From contig CAXXMD010000003.1 in assembly GCA_963675755.2 (NCBI GenBank), positions 352,001 through 416,000 on the forward strand: DNA of 64,000 nt, read 5' to 3'. The DNA comes from a bacterium (lineage in GTDB: Bacteria > Zhuqueibacterota > Zhuqueibacteria > Residuimicrobiales > Krinioviventaceae). The position numbers and the translations under genes are program-made. Position 1 is the stretch's first letter. Every line of letters begins with the position of its first letter. The notes below the pieces were generated by a model. It was not told where the DNA came from. It saw only the letters and a list, made by a program, of their open reading frames with translations, and did no database searches. This document shows, piece after piece, positions 1-10,520 of the stretch.

Positions 1-37
1 TGTAACAGTAGTACACAAAGAACTAGAAAAATAGGTT

Positions 38-1021
38 ATGGTATCAAAAACACACTGGAAAAACCTGACCCGCTTTATCTCCAATGGTGAACATTTCCTG
101 ATCACCACACATATTAATCCGGATGGAGACGGGTTGGGCAGCCAAATTGCAATGGCTGAATATTTGAAACAATGTGGTAAAAGCGTAACACTGATCAATA
201 ACAATCTGACTCCGGTTTATTTTAGCTTTCTGGATCCTGAAAACCAGATCCAAATCTACAATCCCGATCTGGATGATGCAATCAAATCCGTTGATGGTGC
301 TGTTATTGTAGATATCAGCGACTGGGAACGGCTGGGCAAATTGGGCCAGGTTATCAAAACGAACAACATTCCGGTTGCCTGTATAGATCATCATATACCC
401 ACAGATACAATGGGCGAAACACAAATTCTGGATCAGACTGTTTCTTCAACCGGAGAACTGGTGTATCAATATCTTGCAGAACAGAATGCGGATTTTAGTG
501 ACAGAATTTTGTCGGCTTTGTACACAACGATCCTGACAGATACGGGATCGTTTCGGTTTTCCAATACAACCCCTCAAACGCATCGCATAGCTGCTGACTT
601 GATTGAGCGTGGGGCTGATTTTAAAATGATCTTTAAAAACATTTACGAAAGCCATTCAAAAAACCGGGTGCGGCTGACCGGAGAATTATTAAGTAATCTG
701 CAATTTGCATGTGATGATAGACTGGCGTGGTTTGTGCTGTCTAAAGAACTGATTGAAAGGTGTGGTGTGGAAACCTGGGAGCTTGAAGGGCTGTCAGAAC
801 TTCCCCGACACCTGAAAAACCTGGAAATCAGTATCATGTTTACAGAAATAGATAAAGGTACAAAGGTTAGCTTGCGTTCAAGCGGCAATATTCCAATTAA
901 TGGCCTGGCGAACCTGTTCGGTGGTGGCGGGCACCAGTTTGCATCCGGTGCTCTGCTGAAAATGGACAAAGATACAGCCATTGAAACCATTATTAAAGAA
1001 GCTAAAAAATTATTCAATTAA
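38..1021 (+). CDS. nrnA: DHH/DHHA1 phosphoesterase, bifunctional oligoribonuclease/PAP phosphatase NrnA
   Basis: Motifs HINPDGDGLGS, VD, IDHH, TDTGSFRF, SLRS and GGGGHQFASG. Confidence 0.92.
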   Translation: MVSKTHWKNLTRFISNGEHFLITTHINPDGDGLGSQIAMAEYLKQCGKSVTLINNNLTPVYFSFLDPENQIQIYNPDLDDAIKSVDGAVIVDISDWERLGKLGQVIKTNNIPVACIDHHIPTDTMGETQILDQTVSSTGELVYQYLAEQNADFSDRILSALYTTILTDTGSFRFSNTTPQTHRIAADLIERGADFKMIFKNIYESHSKNRVRLTGELLSNLQFACDDRLAWFVLSKELIERCGVETWELEGLSELPRHLKNLEISIMFTEIDKGTKVSLRSSGNIPINGLANLFGGGGHQFASGALLKMDKDTAIETIIKEAKKLFN

Positions 1022-1034
1022 ATCAGTATAATTT

Positions 1035-4000
1035 ATGACCAAAGATGATGAAAAAATTGAATTGTTGCACCACCTGGCAGGGTTATCGCATTCCGGTTAT
1101 GATCCCGCAAATGTATTCAAACAGATGCGGAACACAACCGAACAGCTTTTGAATTGCGATTCTGTACTGGTGATGATCAATGATCATGAAAATAATGTTT
1201 TAACAGCAGCAAACCATTTTAACAATTTTTCTTCATCTTTTAACAATCTGACCATCCCTTATTCTGATCCACTGGTCATTGATATTCTTGTAAATAAAAA
1301 ACACAAGAGCAGGCTGGCCCCTGAAAATCCTTTGCTGCCGTCATCAAAGTCAGAAGTATTTGTACCCATCCAGTCCCCGCAAAAGATGATAGGCTGTCTC
1401 TATCTGGGTAGAAATAAAGAAACCGCGTTTTCTCCTCTTGAAATCAAATGGGCTGAAATGGCAATCGGTTATTTTGCTTCAGTCATGGAACGCACCGAGT
1501 GGGAAAAAGAAAGATACCATTATCAAGGCAGCCAGCAAAAATCAAAATCGCTTACCATTTCATTCATAGAATCTTTACAGCAGCCGGCTGTTATTGTTGA
1601 CATCCATAAAGATAAATTTTACCAGATCAATGCTGCGTTTACTGATCTGTTTGAAATCAGTCAAAATGATCTTTCTCACCTTGCTTTTTCAGCAATGTGT
1701 CGTGATCATTTAAAGATCAAAGACCTGGATCCTGAAGCAAAACAAAACTTTATCACCAACTGGACATTCAAAGATAACCAGTTAAAGAGCCTGAAAACCG
1801 TTTTCACATTTTTAGATAATGTTGAAACAGGCATGCTTCTATTGATCTTTCAGGAAGACAAACAAAATACCCAGGAATTGAACAATTTCTGGCTGCATGA
1901 ACTGTTTGCTTCTTTAAGCGCATTTGAATTTCAGGATCTTCAAACTGACTATAGAAATACGGCAAGTATTATCTTTAATCAGTTCAATACAGATTGTCTC
2001 ATCATTCATCGTACTCTGAACAAACATGTTCAAACACTGGCAAGTTATGAGAACAAAGACGGGGCAGCCATTGACGCTACTGACTCGATTTCAAAGCTGG
2101 TAAATCCCAACTATTTATTATCTATTGCAGAAAAAAAGAAACCCCTTTACCTTTCAGATATATCTAAAACCAAAGAGTTTGAAAAGCTTGCCAATTCCGG
2201 CATTCAGTCTGTCACTTGCATTCCGTTAACCATAAACGATCAAAGCCTGGGAATGCTAACGCTCTGCTGTAAAGAATCCGGCACATGGAACTCGAAAGAT
2301 AAAATAAAATTGTCAAGCATTTCTCAAATCTCTACCTATTTTATCTTTTCTCCTCAACTACTGACCGAGTTGAATACCACCAGAGAATACCAAAATTTAA
2401 TGGAAAAGGCAATAAAACAGACTTTTTCTGATCAACCTCTTGAAACCAAAGTAGTGAATATTGCTCAAAACCTGATTGAACAGATACCCTTTGATTACTT
2501 TTCCCTCACGCTTTTTGATGACACCGGCAATATTGAAAAAGCAATTGATCTTGCCCTGCCCGACTCGATAGATGCGTTTGAAACACCACTCCAACAGGAA
2601 AAGATTAAAGACTCTCACCTTTCAAGGGTGCATCAGGAATTGAAAAATTCTTCCACCAAAGCAAATATTATGCAGCCCTTTAGACTGCCTTTTTCATTAC
2701 CGGCACATACAAGTGTTGTAATGGTTAGCGGAGAACGATATTTGGGGAATTTTGCATTAGGACGGCTGCAAAAGACACCTTTTTCCCGCAAAGAGACGGA
2801 TCTTTTAAAGCTGTTGGGCACCTTTTTCTCCAGTGCGGTTTCGCTGCAGAACAACAACAAGAATGAACTCTGGATTAAAGCCAAAGCCATTCAGGAACAT
2901 CTCCAGCCGGACCTGAAAAAGGACATCAGCAAACAGGATTTGTTAAAATCAATTTGTGACACGGTTTCGACCGTTTTCGAGGGCACGCAATGTAAAGGTG
3001 CGTTTGTTCATGAAAATATGCGCATACTGGAACTGTTTGACTGGGTATCTCGGCAATCTCTAAAACATTTGTCCGTAGCAAAAATAAAAAAATTGCTGCT
3101 GGAACTATCAAAATCTCGTAAACCCATTTTAATTGCGAATTTAAACACGTTCAAAAAGGTTATATGCGTTCAGGAAGCGACTGATAAGGATTTATCCTTT
3201 TTCAAACCCTTTGTCATCTCGCCAATATTTAAAAACGAAAAAATCCATGTGCTGATGCTTACCAGCTGGAACAAACCCCATGTTCCCGATAGCATTTCAA
3301 TGCAGGCACTGGAAATGTACACCAATCAGACCAAAGCTATCCTTCAGAACTTTGAAGCTCTCCAGTCCTTGCAGCAAAAAGCAAACGCTCTTGAAGATTA
3401 TGCGCACATGGCAGCACACGAGTTAAAATCACCCCTGCAAACCATAAAAAACTATGCATCTATACTCAAAGAAGACCTGAACGAAAAAATTGATCCCGAT
3501 GCTGAACAATATTTAAACAGATTACTGATCAACCTGGACAATATGGAAAACATGATTTCAGAATTACTAAACATGTCCAGCCAACAGCATACTGAATCCG
3601 AAATGATTGAATTTGTTCCCCAACCGGTTATCCAAAAATCACTGGCTTCACTTGAAAAGATGATTCAGGAAAGCAAAGCCGAGATAAAAATAGATAAATC
3701 TTTGCCCAAAATCTATGCTAACAAACACGGATTTGAGCATATTATCACTAATCTGGTTTCCAATGCAATCAAATACACAAAATCTACAGATACTCCACAA
3801 ATAACAATCTATGGGCGTAAAAATGGCAGCAAGACAGAAATCACCGTTGCTGATTTGGGTATGGGTATTGCGGAAAAAGACCTGGATAAAGTGTTTGAAC
3901 CGTTTTTTAAACAAAATGACACTCCGGGTCAAAAAAGCACGGGTTTGGGATTACCCCTGGTTAAAAGGATTGTTGAACAGCACGAGGGTACAATTAAAAT

Positions 4001-4058
4001 AGAATCCCAACTCAATAAAGGAACTCGTTTTATTATTACATTCCCAAATAAAAAATAA
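1035..4058 (+). CDS. Large soluble multi-GAF/PAS sensor histidine kinase
   Basis: C-terminal HisKA/HATPase boxes AHELKSPL, NLVSNAIKY, DLGMGI, VFEPFF, TGLGL; GAF-like segments (VPIQSPQKMIGCLYL, CIPLTINDQSLGMLTL); no obvious transmembrane helix. Confidence 0.85.
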   Translation: MTKDDEKIELLHHLAGLSHSGYDPANVFKQMRNTTEQLLNCDSVLVMINDHENNVLTAANHFNNFSSSFNNLTIPYSDPLVIDILVNKKHKSRLAPENPLLPSSKSEVFVPIQSPQKMIGCLYLGRNKETAFSPLEIKWAEMAIGYFASVMERTEWEKERYHYQGSQQKSKSLTISFIESLQQPAVIVDIHKDKFYQINAAFTDLFEISQNDLSHLAFSAMCRDHLKIKDLDPEAKQNFITNWTFKDNQLKSLKTVFTFLDNVETGMLLLIFQEDKQNTQELNNFWLHELFASLSAFEFQDLQTDYRNTASIIFNQFNTDCLIIHRTLNKHVQTLASYENKDGAAIDATDSISKLVNPNYLLSIAEKKKPLYLSDISKTKEFEKLANSGIQSVTCIPLTINDQSLGMLTLCCKESGTWNSKDKIKLSSISQISTYFIFSPQLLTELNTTREYQNLMEKAIKQTFSDQPLETKVVNIAQNLIEQIPFDYFSLTLFDDTGNIEKAIDLALPDSIDAFETPLQQEKIKDSHLSRVHQELKNSSTKANIMQPFRLPFSLPAHTSVVMVSGERYLGNFALGRLQKTPFSRKETDLLKLLGTFFSSAVSLQNNNKNELWIKAKAIQEHLQPDLKKDISKQDLLKSICDTVSTVFEGTQCKGAFVHENMRILELFDWVSRQSLKHLSVAKIKKLLLELSKSRKPILIANLNTFKKVICVQEATDKDLSFFKPFVISPIFKNEKIHVLMLTSWNKPHVPDSISMQALEMYTNQTKAILQNFEALQSLQQKANALEDYAHMAAHELKSPLQTIKNYASILKEDLNEKIDPDAEQYLNRLLINLDNMENMISELLNMSSQQHTESEMIEFVPQPVIQKSLASLEKMIQESKAEIKIDKSLPKIYANKHGFEHIITNLVSNAIKYTKSTDTPQITIYGRKNGSKTEITVADLGMGIAEKDLDKVFEPFFKQNDTPGQKSTGLGLPLVKRIVEQHEGTIKIESQLNKGTRFIITFPNKK

Positions 4059-4135
4059 TATTTTTTTAGGAGTATTTTTTTATATTTTAATGTTAAATTA
4101 GCATTGATTTGTAATAACTTTTAATTAGTAAATTA

Positions 4136-4164
4136 TTGACAAAATTAGTATTTATCACTACATT
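4136..4164 (+). promoter_or_regulatory. Putative sigma70 promoter TTGACA-N17-TACATT
   Basis: Perfect -35, 17 bp spacer and near-consensus -10 upstream of the polyprenyl synthase gene. Confidence 0.6.
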
Positions 4165-4205
4165 CTGTTTGAATGATTGCAGAAACTTTCCATAAAGGAA
4201 CTTTT

Positions 4206-5180
4206 GTGAACGCAACCGAAATATTCTCAACTGTACAACACCATTTAGACAATTTTGAAATAGCCCTTAACAAGAAATTACATTCTAATATACCGCTTGC
4301 CGAGACTGTTGTCAGGTACGTAGCTGACAAACGCGGTAAACGTCTTCGGCCGCTTTTGGTTTTCCTTACTGCTGAAATGCATGGAACCCCAAATGATGTT
4401 ACCATGGCTTCAAGCCTGGTTATAGAATTACTGCACACTGCAACACTTGTGCATGATGATGTTGTTGATGATTCAGAGTTGAGAAGAGGCCACCCAACAG
4501 TTAACAGTCTCTGGAACAGTAAAATCTCTATATTGGTAGGTGACTTTTTATTCTCCAAAACCTTGTCAACCATGGTTGACTTGCAGAGCATTCAAGCGCT
4601 CGCAATACTGTCAGATTCTGCAAATCAAATCACCGAAGGTGAATTACTTCAAATGGACCAGGAATATCTTAACGGTCTGAACGAGTCCATCTATTACGAA
4701 CTGATAACGAAAAAAACCGCGTCTCTTTTCAGTGCTTCATGTCAGTTGGGCGCCTTGTCCGTCTCTGCGGATGAACTTGCCATCAAACGCATGGGATTAT
4801 TGGGCGAAAATTTAGGTATAGCATTCCAGATTACAGATGATCTGTTGGATTATATTGGGGATGAAAAAATTCTCGGCAAACCGGTGGGAAACGACATTCG
4901 GGAACATAAAATCACATTACCGCTGATCTTTGCGTTAAACAAGGCCGAAGCTCCTGTTAAGGAAAAAATTCTTGCTCATTTTGACAATGGCACCTTTTCA
5001 GACAAGGAAATTAAACACATTATCGACTTTGCTCACGACTATGGCGGCATTGAATACACCAAACAGACTGCTAATACTTTTGCAAACAAGGCTTCATCCG
5101 TGCTTACCGCGTATCCTGATTCCGAATACAACCAAACACTGAAGCAGCTGGTTGCATTTTCAATCAACCGCGATGTCTGA
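4206..5180 (+). CDS. ispB: Polyprenyl (octaprenyl-type) diphosphate synthase
   Basis: GKRLRP, LVHDDVVD..RRG, KKTA, FQITDDLLD motifs; GTG at 4206 preceded by AAGGAA preferred over the ORF start at 4173. Confidence 0.88.
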   Translation: MNATEIFSTVQHHLDNFEIALNKKLHSNIPLAETVVRYVADKRGKRLRPLLVFLTAEMHGTPNDVTMASSLVIELLHTATLVHDDVVDDSELRRGHPTVNSLWNSKISILVGDFLFSKTLSTMVDLQSIQALAILSDSANQITEGELLQMDQEYLNGLNESIYYELITKKTASLFSASCQLGALSVSADELAIKRMGLLGENLGIAFQITDDLLDYIGDEKILGKPVGNDIREHKITLPLIFALNKAEAPVKEKILAHFDNGTFSDKEIKHIIDFAHDYGGIEYTKQTANTFANKASSVLTAYPDSEYNQTLKQLVAFSINRDV

Positions 5181-5288
5181 TACTGCACAGCAAACATATT
5201 CCACGGTTAAAATTCTGTTTTTGAATTTCACAAATTTTATTAAATTTAATAAAATCCGGTATATAAATAGGGTAATTGATCTTTGAAA

Positions 5289-6317
5289 ATGGCAGCCCCG
5301 GAAAAAATACTGCTTATTCGACTCAGTTCCATGGGAGATATTATTCTTACTACTCCCCTGGTTCGGATATTGAAAAATAAATATCCCAATGCTGAAATTG
5401 ATTTTGTGGTAAAATCACAATTCCAGGATGTTCTTGCTGCAAATCCACATATCCATACATTATGGACGTTGGATACTGGCAAGGGTAAATCAGCAATGCG
5501 TGATTTAAAACAGAAATTGATTTCCCGTAATTATGACTGGGTGGTTGATATACACAAAAACTTTCGCAGCAGCTATCTCAAACGCGGCTTGAAAGCAGAT
5601 TATTTCTCGTATAAAAAATACAGACTGATTCGTCTTTTGCTGGTTAAATTCAACATCAACCTTTACGATGAAATCATACCCGTCAGTCAACGTTATATAA
5701 ACAGCGTACAATCTAAAGGTATTGAAAACGATTACAAGGGTGTTGATTTATTTTTGAATTCAGATACGCGTAACTCTATCCATAACAAACTCGTTGATTT
5801 GGGAGCGTTACATCAACCGATTGTATGCATTGCACCTGGGGCAGGCTTTTGGAACAAGCGCTGGCCCATTGAATATTTTAGCCAGGTTGCTCATGAATTG
5901 ACTGATAACCATAATATGAATGTTTTTGTTATGGGTGATTCACGGGATAAACCCCTGGCTGCCGAAATTGTAAAAAATTGCAGCAAAAACATTTTTGATT
6001 TTACCGGTCAGTTCAGCATTATGGAATCTGCTTGCGTTATGGACCATGCGAATCTGGTTCTCACCAATGACAGTGGATTGATGCACATGGCTGCCGCGCT
6101 CAACAAAAAAACGCTGTCAATTTTCGGTCCCACAACGCGGGAACTGGGTTTTTTCCCACAGCACCCGCAGGCAGTAGTTCTTGAAAATGCGGATCTGAAC
6201 TGCAGACCCTGCACACACATGGGATCAAACAAATGCCCAAAGAAGCATTTTAAATGCATGAAAGATATAACACCTAAACAGGTAACACAAGAACTTTTAC
6301 AATTGTTTTATTCATAA
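5289..6317 (+). CDS. waaF: Lipopolysaccharide heptosyltransferase II (GT9)
   Basis: KILLIRLSSMGDIIL, APGA..KRWP, NDSGLMHMAAA, FGPT, C-terminal CRPC..C..CM. Confidence 0.85.
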   Translation: MAAPEKILLIRLSSMGDIILTTPLVRILKNKYPNAEIDFVVKSQFQDVLAANPHIHTLWTLDTGKGKSAMRDLKQKLISRNYDWVVDIHKNFRSSYLKRGLKADYFSYKKYRLIRLLLVKFNINLYDEIIPVSQRYINSVQSKGIENDYKGVDLFLNSDTRNSIHNKLVDLGALHQPIVCIAPGAGFWNKRWPIEYFSQVAHELTDNHNMNVFVMGDSRDKPLAAEIVKNCSKNIFDFTGQFSIMESACVMDHANLVLTNDSGLMHMAAALNKKTLSIFGPTTRELGFFPQHPQAVVLENADLNCRPCTHMGSNKCPKKHFKCMKDITPKQVTQELLQLFYS

Positions 6318-6332
6318 ACAAAGGAAAAGCCT

Positions 6333-6707
6333 TTGCAAGGAAAAGCATTAGCCGAACAGATATCTCAACTTGTTCTTGATATTAAAGGACAGGATATTGT
6401 AATTATGGACCTTCAGGGTCTAACATCTATTGCGGATTATTTTGTAATCTGTACAGTAGACAGTGATGTACAGGCCAAAGCCATTAAAAACCACATTGCA
6501 GATGAACTGCTCTATCAATCTATTCGCCCCTGGCATGTTGAAGGCACCAACAACCTCAACTGGGTACTGATGGATTTTGTAGATGTGGTGGTCCATATCT
6601 TTTTAAAGGAATCTCGTGATTTCTATTCCCTTGAAAAATTGTGGGGAGATGCAAAAATTACACAAATAAAGGACGATGATGAAACCTCTGGAACACATAC
6701 GCAATAG
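6333..6707 (+). CDS. rsfS: Ribosome silencing factor RsfS (Iojap)
   Basis: KGQDIVIMDL, DYFVIC, WVLMDFVDVVVHIF, RDFYSLEKLW. Confidence 0.95.
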   Translation: MQGKALAEQISQLVLDIKGQDIVIMDLQGLTSIADYFVICTVDSDVQAKAIKNHIADELLYQSIRPWHVEGTNNLNWVLMDFVDVVVHIFLKESRDFYSLEKLWGDAKITQIKDDDETSGTHTQ

Positions 6708-8337
6708 TATAAAAAAAGCACTTGAAGAAAACGGATTCGACACATCCGACAAAACCCTGTTAAGCCTCGAGAAACCGAAACAGGCTGAACATGGCGATAT
6801 ATCTTCTACTGTTGCCATGAACCTGGCCAAAATCGCTAAAAAAGCGCCCCGTCAGATCGCGCAGGATCTGGTTAACAGCCTGAACCAGAATCTGGATACG
6901 GACTATATCACCAAAATCGACATTGCGGGTCCCGGTTTTATAAATTTTTATCTTGCTGAAAATTGTCTTCAGCAATCCGTTCTTACCATACTGGATGAAG
7001 GCAAAAATTTTGGTAACAGTAACTGGGGTGACGGCCACAAGATCAACTTTGAGTTTGTCAGCGCCAATCCTACCGGTCCTTTGAACATCGTCAGCGCGCG
7101 CGCCGCTGCTGTTGGTGATGTATTAACCACCCTGTTCAACATGGTGGGATACGAAGCAAAACGGGAATACTATATTAATGATGCCGGCAGACAAGTCCGG
7201 TTGTTAGGTGCGTCGGTTAGTGCCCGATACATGACCGAACTCGGGCAAGAACAGTCCGTTCCCGAAGATGGATACCATGGCGACTATTTGATCGACCTGG
7301 CTAAAGAAATTGTTGCCCAGGATGGTGATAAATATGCCTCTCTTGCCGACGATGATAGAGCAGCCAAATTAGGACGCATGGCACTGGAATATATGATTAG
7401 TCGTCACAAAGCCAGTATGAAAAACTATCGTCTGGAATATGACGAATGGTTTAACGAAACCCGTATTCGCGAAGCAAACGCGCACCAAAAAGTGCTTGAT
7501 CATTTTGCAAAAACAGACATGAGCTATGAAAAAGAAGATGCTCTCTGGTTTAAATCTTCTGAATACGGTGATGAAAAAGACCGTGTACTCATTACCAGCC
7601 AGGGTGAACCGACATATTTTCTCATCGACATTGCGTATCATCAGAACAAATATGATCGCGGATTCGAAACACTGATTGATTTCTGGGGTCCTGACCATCA
7701 CGGTTACATTCCCCGTATGAGCGCCGCATTACAGGCTTTGGGACATCCCAAAGAAAATTTTGACGTTAGCATCATTCAGCAGGTGAACCTGCTGCGCAGC
7801 GGTAAAACCATCAAAATGTCGAAACGCGCCGGCGAAATCGTAGAAATGGACGAGCTCATCAATGAAGTAGGTGTGGATGCCGCACGTTACTTTTTTGTAG
7901 ATCGTCGTATCTCACAGCCATTGGATTTTGACATTGATCTGGCAAAAAAACAAAGCGATGAGAATCCGGTTTTTTATGTTCAATACGCACACGCGCGTAT
8001 CTGTAACATTATGCGCCACGCGCAGGAAAATGGAGTGGAAATTCCGGAAACTGCGGACATGTCTCCCATGACCAACACTTACGAGTTGGCTCTTGTCATT
8101 AAACTGCTCGACTTTCCGGAAATGGTAACCAAAGCAGTTGAGAATATGGAGCCGCATCGTATCACCAATTATTTGCACGAAACCGCAACGGTATTTCATA
8201 AATTTTATCACGAGAACCGGGTAGTAACCGAAGACAACGCAATGACAGCAGCCAGATTAATGCTCTGCAAGGCAGCTAAACAGGTTATTGCCAACGGATT
8301 GGATGTTTTAGGTATTTCTGCACCCGAAAACATGTAA
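6676..8337 (+). CDS. argS: Arginine--tRNA ligase
   Basis: IAGPGFINF, EFVSANPTGPL, EYYINDAG, GPDHHGY, KMSKRAG, YVQYAHARI, GISAPENM. Confidence 0.97.
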   Translation: MMKPLEHIRNSIKKALEENGFDTSDKTLLSLEKPKQAEHGDISSTVAMNLAKIAKKAPRQIAQDLVNSLNQNLDTDYITKIDIAGPGFINFYLAENCLQQSVLTILDEGKNFGNSNWGDGHKINFEFVSANPTGPLNIVSARAAAVGDVLTTLFNMVGYEAKREYYINDAGRQVRLLGASVSARYMTELGQEQSVPEDGYHGDYLIDLAKEIVAQDGDKYASLADDDRAAKLGRMALEYMISRHKASMKNYRLEYDEWFNETRIREANAHQKVLDHFAKTDMSYEKEDALWFKSSEYGDEKDRVLITSQGEPTYFLIDIAYHQNKYDRGFETLIDFWGPDHHGYIPRMSAALQALGHPKENFDVSIIQQVNLLRSGKTIKMSKRAGEIVEMDELINEVGVDAARYFFVDRRISQPLDFDIDLAKKQSDENPVFYVQYAHARICNIMRHAQENGVEIPETADMSPMTNTYELALVIKLLDFPEMVTKAVENMEPHRITNYLHETATVFHKFYHENRVVTEDNAMTAARLMLCKAAKQVIANGLDVLGISAPENM

Positions 8338-8353
8338 CCACAAGGAGTTATTC

Positions 8354-9283
8354 ATGAGTAATGTATTGGTAGTTGGATCAATGGCATACGATTCAGTTGA
8401 AACACCGCAGGCCAAAGTAGACCGTGCCCTGGGTGGTTCAGCCACATTTTTCTCTGCTGCAGCAGGTAATTTTGCACCTGTGAACCTGGTTGCCGTTGTG
8501 GGAGAAGACTTTGATCATAACGACATTGCCTTTTTAAAAGATAAACAGGTCAACCTGGACGGCCTTACAACCGAACCGGGAAAAACCTTTTTCTGGGCCG
8601 GAAGGTACCTGGAAAACATGAACGACCGGGAAACATTGGATACCCAGTTGAACGTTTTTGAAAAATTTGATCCGGTTCTTCCCGAATCTTATCGCAACAG
8701 CGAATATGTATTTCTCGCCAATATCATGCCCGAACTGCAAACCAAAGTCGTAGAGCAGATCAAAAAACCCAAATTTGTTGCAATGGATACTATGAATTTC
8801 TGGATCACCGGTGCGCTTGATCCATTAAAAACCATTTTATCCAAAGTGGATGCGCTTGTGATCAATGATTCGGAAGTACAGTTATTATCCGGCAAGAACA
8901 ATATCTTTACCGGCGCACGTATCATCCAGGAAATGGGTCCTAAAACCCTGATCATCAAAAAAGGTGAACATGGCGCAATTCTGGTCCATAATGACAACTA
9001 TTTCACATGTCCGGCAATACCGGTAGAAAATCTGTTCGATCCCACAGGCGCTGGCGATACCTTTGCAGGTGGACTCATGGGTTACCTGGCAATGACCGAC
9101 AATGTAAACGAAGAAAATCTGCGCCGCGCCATGATTATGGCAACTACAATGGCCTCTTTTTGCGTTGAAGCGTTCAGTGTAGATCGTCTCAAAGGCCTTG
9201 AAAAAACGGAAATCCAGGAACGCGTTCACAAGCTGCTCAATCTTATTCATGTAGAATATGATAACGACTGGGTTAAACTATGA
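8354..9283 (+). CDS. PfkB family carbohydrate/nucleoside kinase
   Basis: LGGSA, DTMNFW, KKGEHGA, DPTGAGDTFAGG signature. Confidence 0.9.
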   Translation: MSNVLVVGSMAYDSVETPQAKVDRALGGSATFFSAAAGNFAPVNLVAVVGEDFDHNDIAFLKDKQVNLDGLTTEPGKTFFWAGRYLENMNDRETLDTQLNVFEKFDPVLPESYRNSEYVFLANIMPELQTKVVEQIKKPKFVAMDTMNFWITGALDPLKTILSKVDALVINDSEVQLLSGKNNIFTGARIIQEMGPKTLIIKKGEHGAILVHNDNYFTCPAIPVENLFDPTGAGDTFAGGLMGYLAMTDNVNEENLRRAMIMATTMASFCVEAFSVDRLKGLEKTEIQERVHKLLNLIHVEYDNDWVKL

Positions 9284-9699
9284 GCATAGTTACGGAAACC
9301 ATTACCGTTTCCACTCGCGGCAATACAGACATTCACGACATTACCCGTCAGGCCGCAGATAAATTAAAATCCTGTGGATTGACAGCAGGAACCGTTACCT
9401 TTTTTGTATCCGGTTCCACCGCAGGTCTGACAACGGTTGAATTTGAACCGGGATTAATGCAGGACCTGCCCGAGATGTTTGACAAGATTGCCCCCAAAGG
9501 CATACCTTATCACCACGATGCAACCTGGGGCGATGGGAATGGCCACTCTCATGTACGGGCATCACTACTGGGACCGTCATTAACTGTTCCCTTTGTAAAC
9601 GGCAGCATGATGCTGGGCACGTGGCAACAGATCATTTTGATCGATTTTGATAACCGGTCGCGTAACCGCGATATTGTAATGCAAATCATGGGCGAATAA
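9280..9699 (+). CDS. yjbQ: YjbQ/UPF0047 family protein
   Basis: GSTAGLT..E, YHHD, NGHSHVRASLLG, LGTWQQI..DFD. Confidence 0.92.
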   Translation: MSIVTETITVSTRGNTDIHDITRQAADKLKSCGLTAGTVTFFVSGSTAGLTTVEFEPGLMQDLPEMFDKIAPKGIPYHHDATWGDGNGHSHVRASLLGPSLTVPFVNGSMMLGTWQQIILIDFDNRSRNRDIVMQIMGE

Positions 9700-9723
9700 C
9701 CGCCTTTTTATAGATTAGGATTC

Positions 9724-9749
9724 AGCCCTGCTTCGGCAGGGCTTTTTTT
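9724..9749 (+). terminator. Intrinsic terminator after the housekeeping run
   Basis: AGCCCTGC-TTCG-GCAGGGCT stem-loop followed by a T run. Confidence 0.8.
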
Positions 9750-9752
9750 ACG

Positions 9753-10520
9753 ATGATAGAGATCAGAAACCTCACATTCTCATTCAACAGCCATGAGGAA
9801 AAGCGCACCATCCTCAATAATATTAATCTGGATTTCCATCCGGGTGAATCTGTGGTTATCATGGGACCCAATGGCTCCGGTAAATCCACACTTGCGCGCT
9901 GTCTGAACGGATTGCACCTGCCGGATTCCGGCACAGTCTCGGTGGACGGAATGCTCACCACAGACGAGAAACAATTGCTCGACATTCGCAGACAGGTGGG
10001 CATGGTATTCCAAAATCCGGACAACCAGATCGTTTCCGCAACAGTTGAACGCGAGATTGCGTTCGGCCTGGAAAACCTGGGCATTCCTTATGAAGAGATG
10101 CGAGAGATTGTAGATGCCAAGCTGCATGAATTTGATCTGTATCCCTACCGCACCCAATCACCGCATTATTTATCCGGTGGAGAGAAACAGCGTTTGGCCC
10201 TGGCCGCGGTACTGGCTATGGAACCGGAATACCTGGTTCTGGACGAGCCCACATCTCTGCTTGATCCCTATAACCGCAAAAGTATTCTGGATATTATTCA
10301 GTACCTCAACAAACGTGAGGACAATCCCCTTGCAACCATCCTCATCACCCAGTTCCCGGACGAAGCCCTCACCGCAGATCGATTGGTAATCGTCCACAAG
10401 GGAGAAATTTTCATGGACGACAAACCGGACACCCTTTTCAAACAGGTAGACACCCTGCTCGAGATCGGGCTCGAACCTCCGGTGCAGTATGTGCTGGAGA
10501 GGTTGTCAGCCGGGGCCTGA
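9753..10520 (+). CDS. ecfA1: Energy-coupling factor transporter ATPase (EcfA1/CbiO family)
   Basis: GPNGSGKST, GMVFQNPDNQIV..TVE.EIAFGLEN, LSGGEKQR, LDEPTS. Confidence 0.9.
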   Translation: MIEIRNLTFSFNSHEEKRTILNNINLDFHPGESVVIMGPNGSGKSTLARCLNGLHLPDSGTVSVDGMLTTDEKQLLDIRRQVGMVFQNPDNQIVSATVEREIAFGLENLGIPYEEMREIVDAKLHEFDLYPYRTQSPHYLSGGEKQRLALAAVLAMEPEYLVLDEPTSLLDPYNRKSILDIIQYLNKREDNPLATILITQFPDEALTADRLVIVHKGEIFMDDKPDTLFKQVDTLLEIGLEPPVQYVLERLSAGA

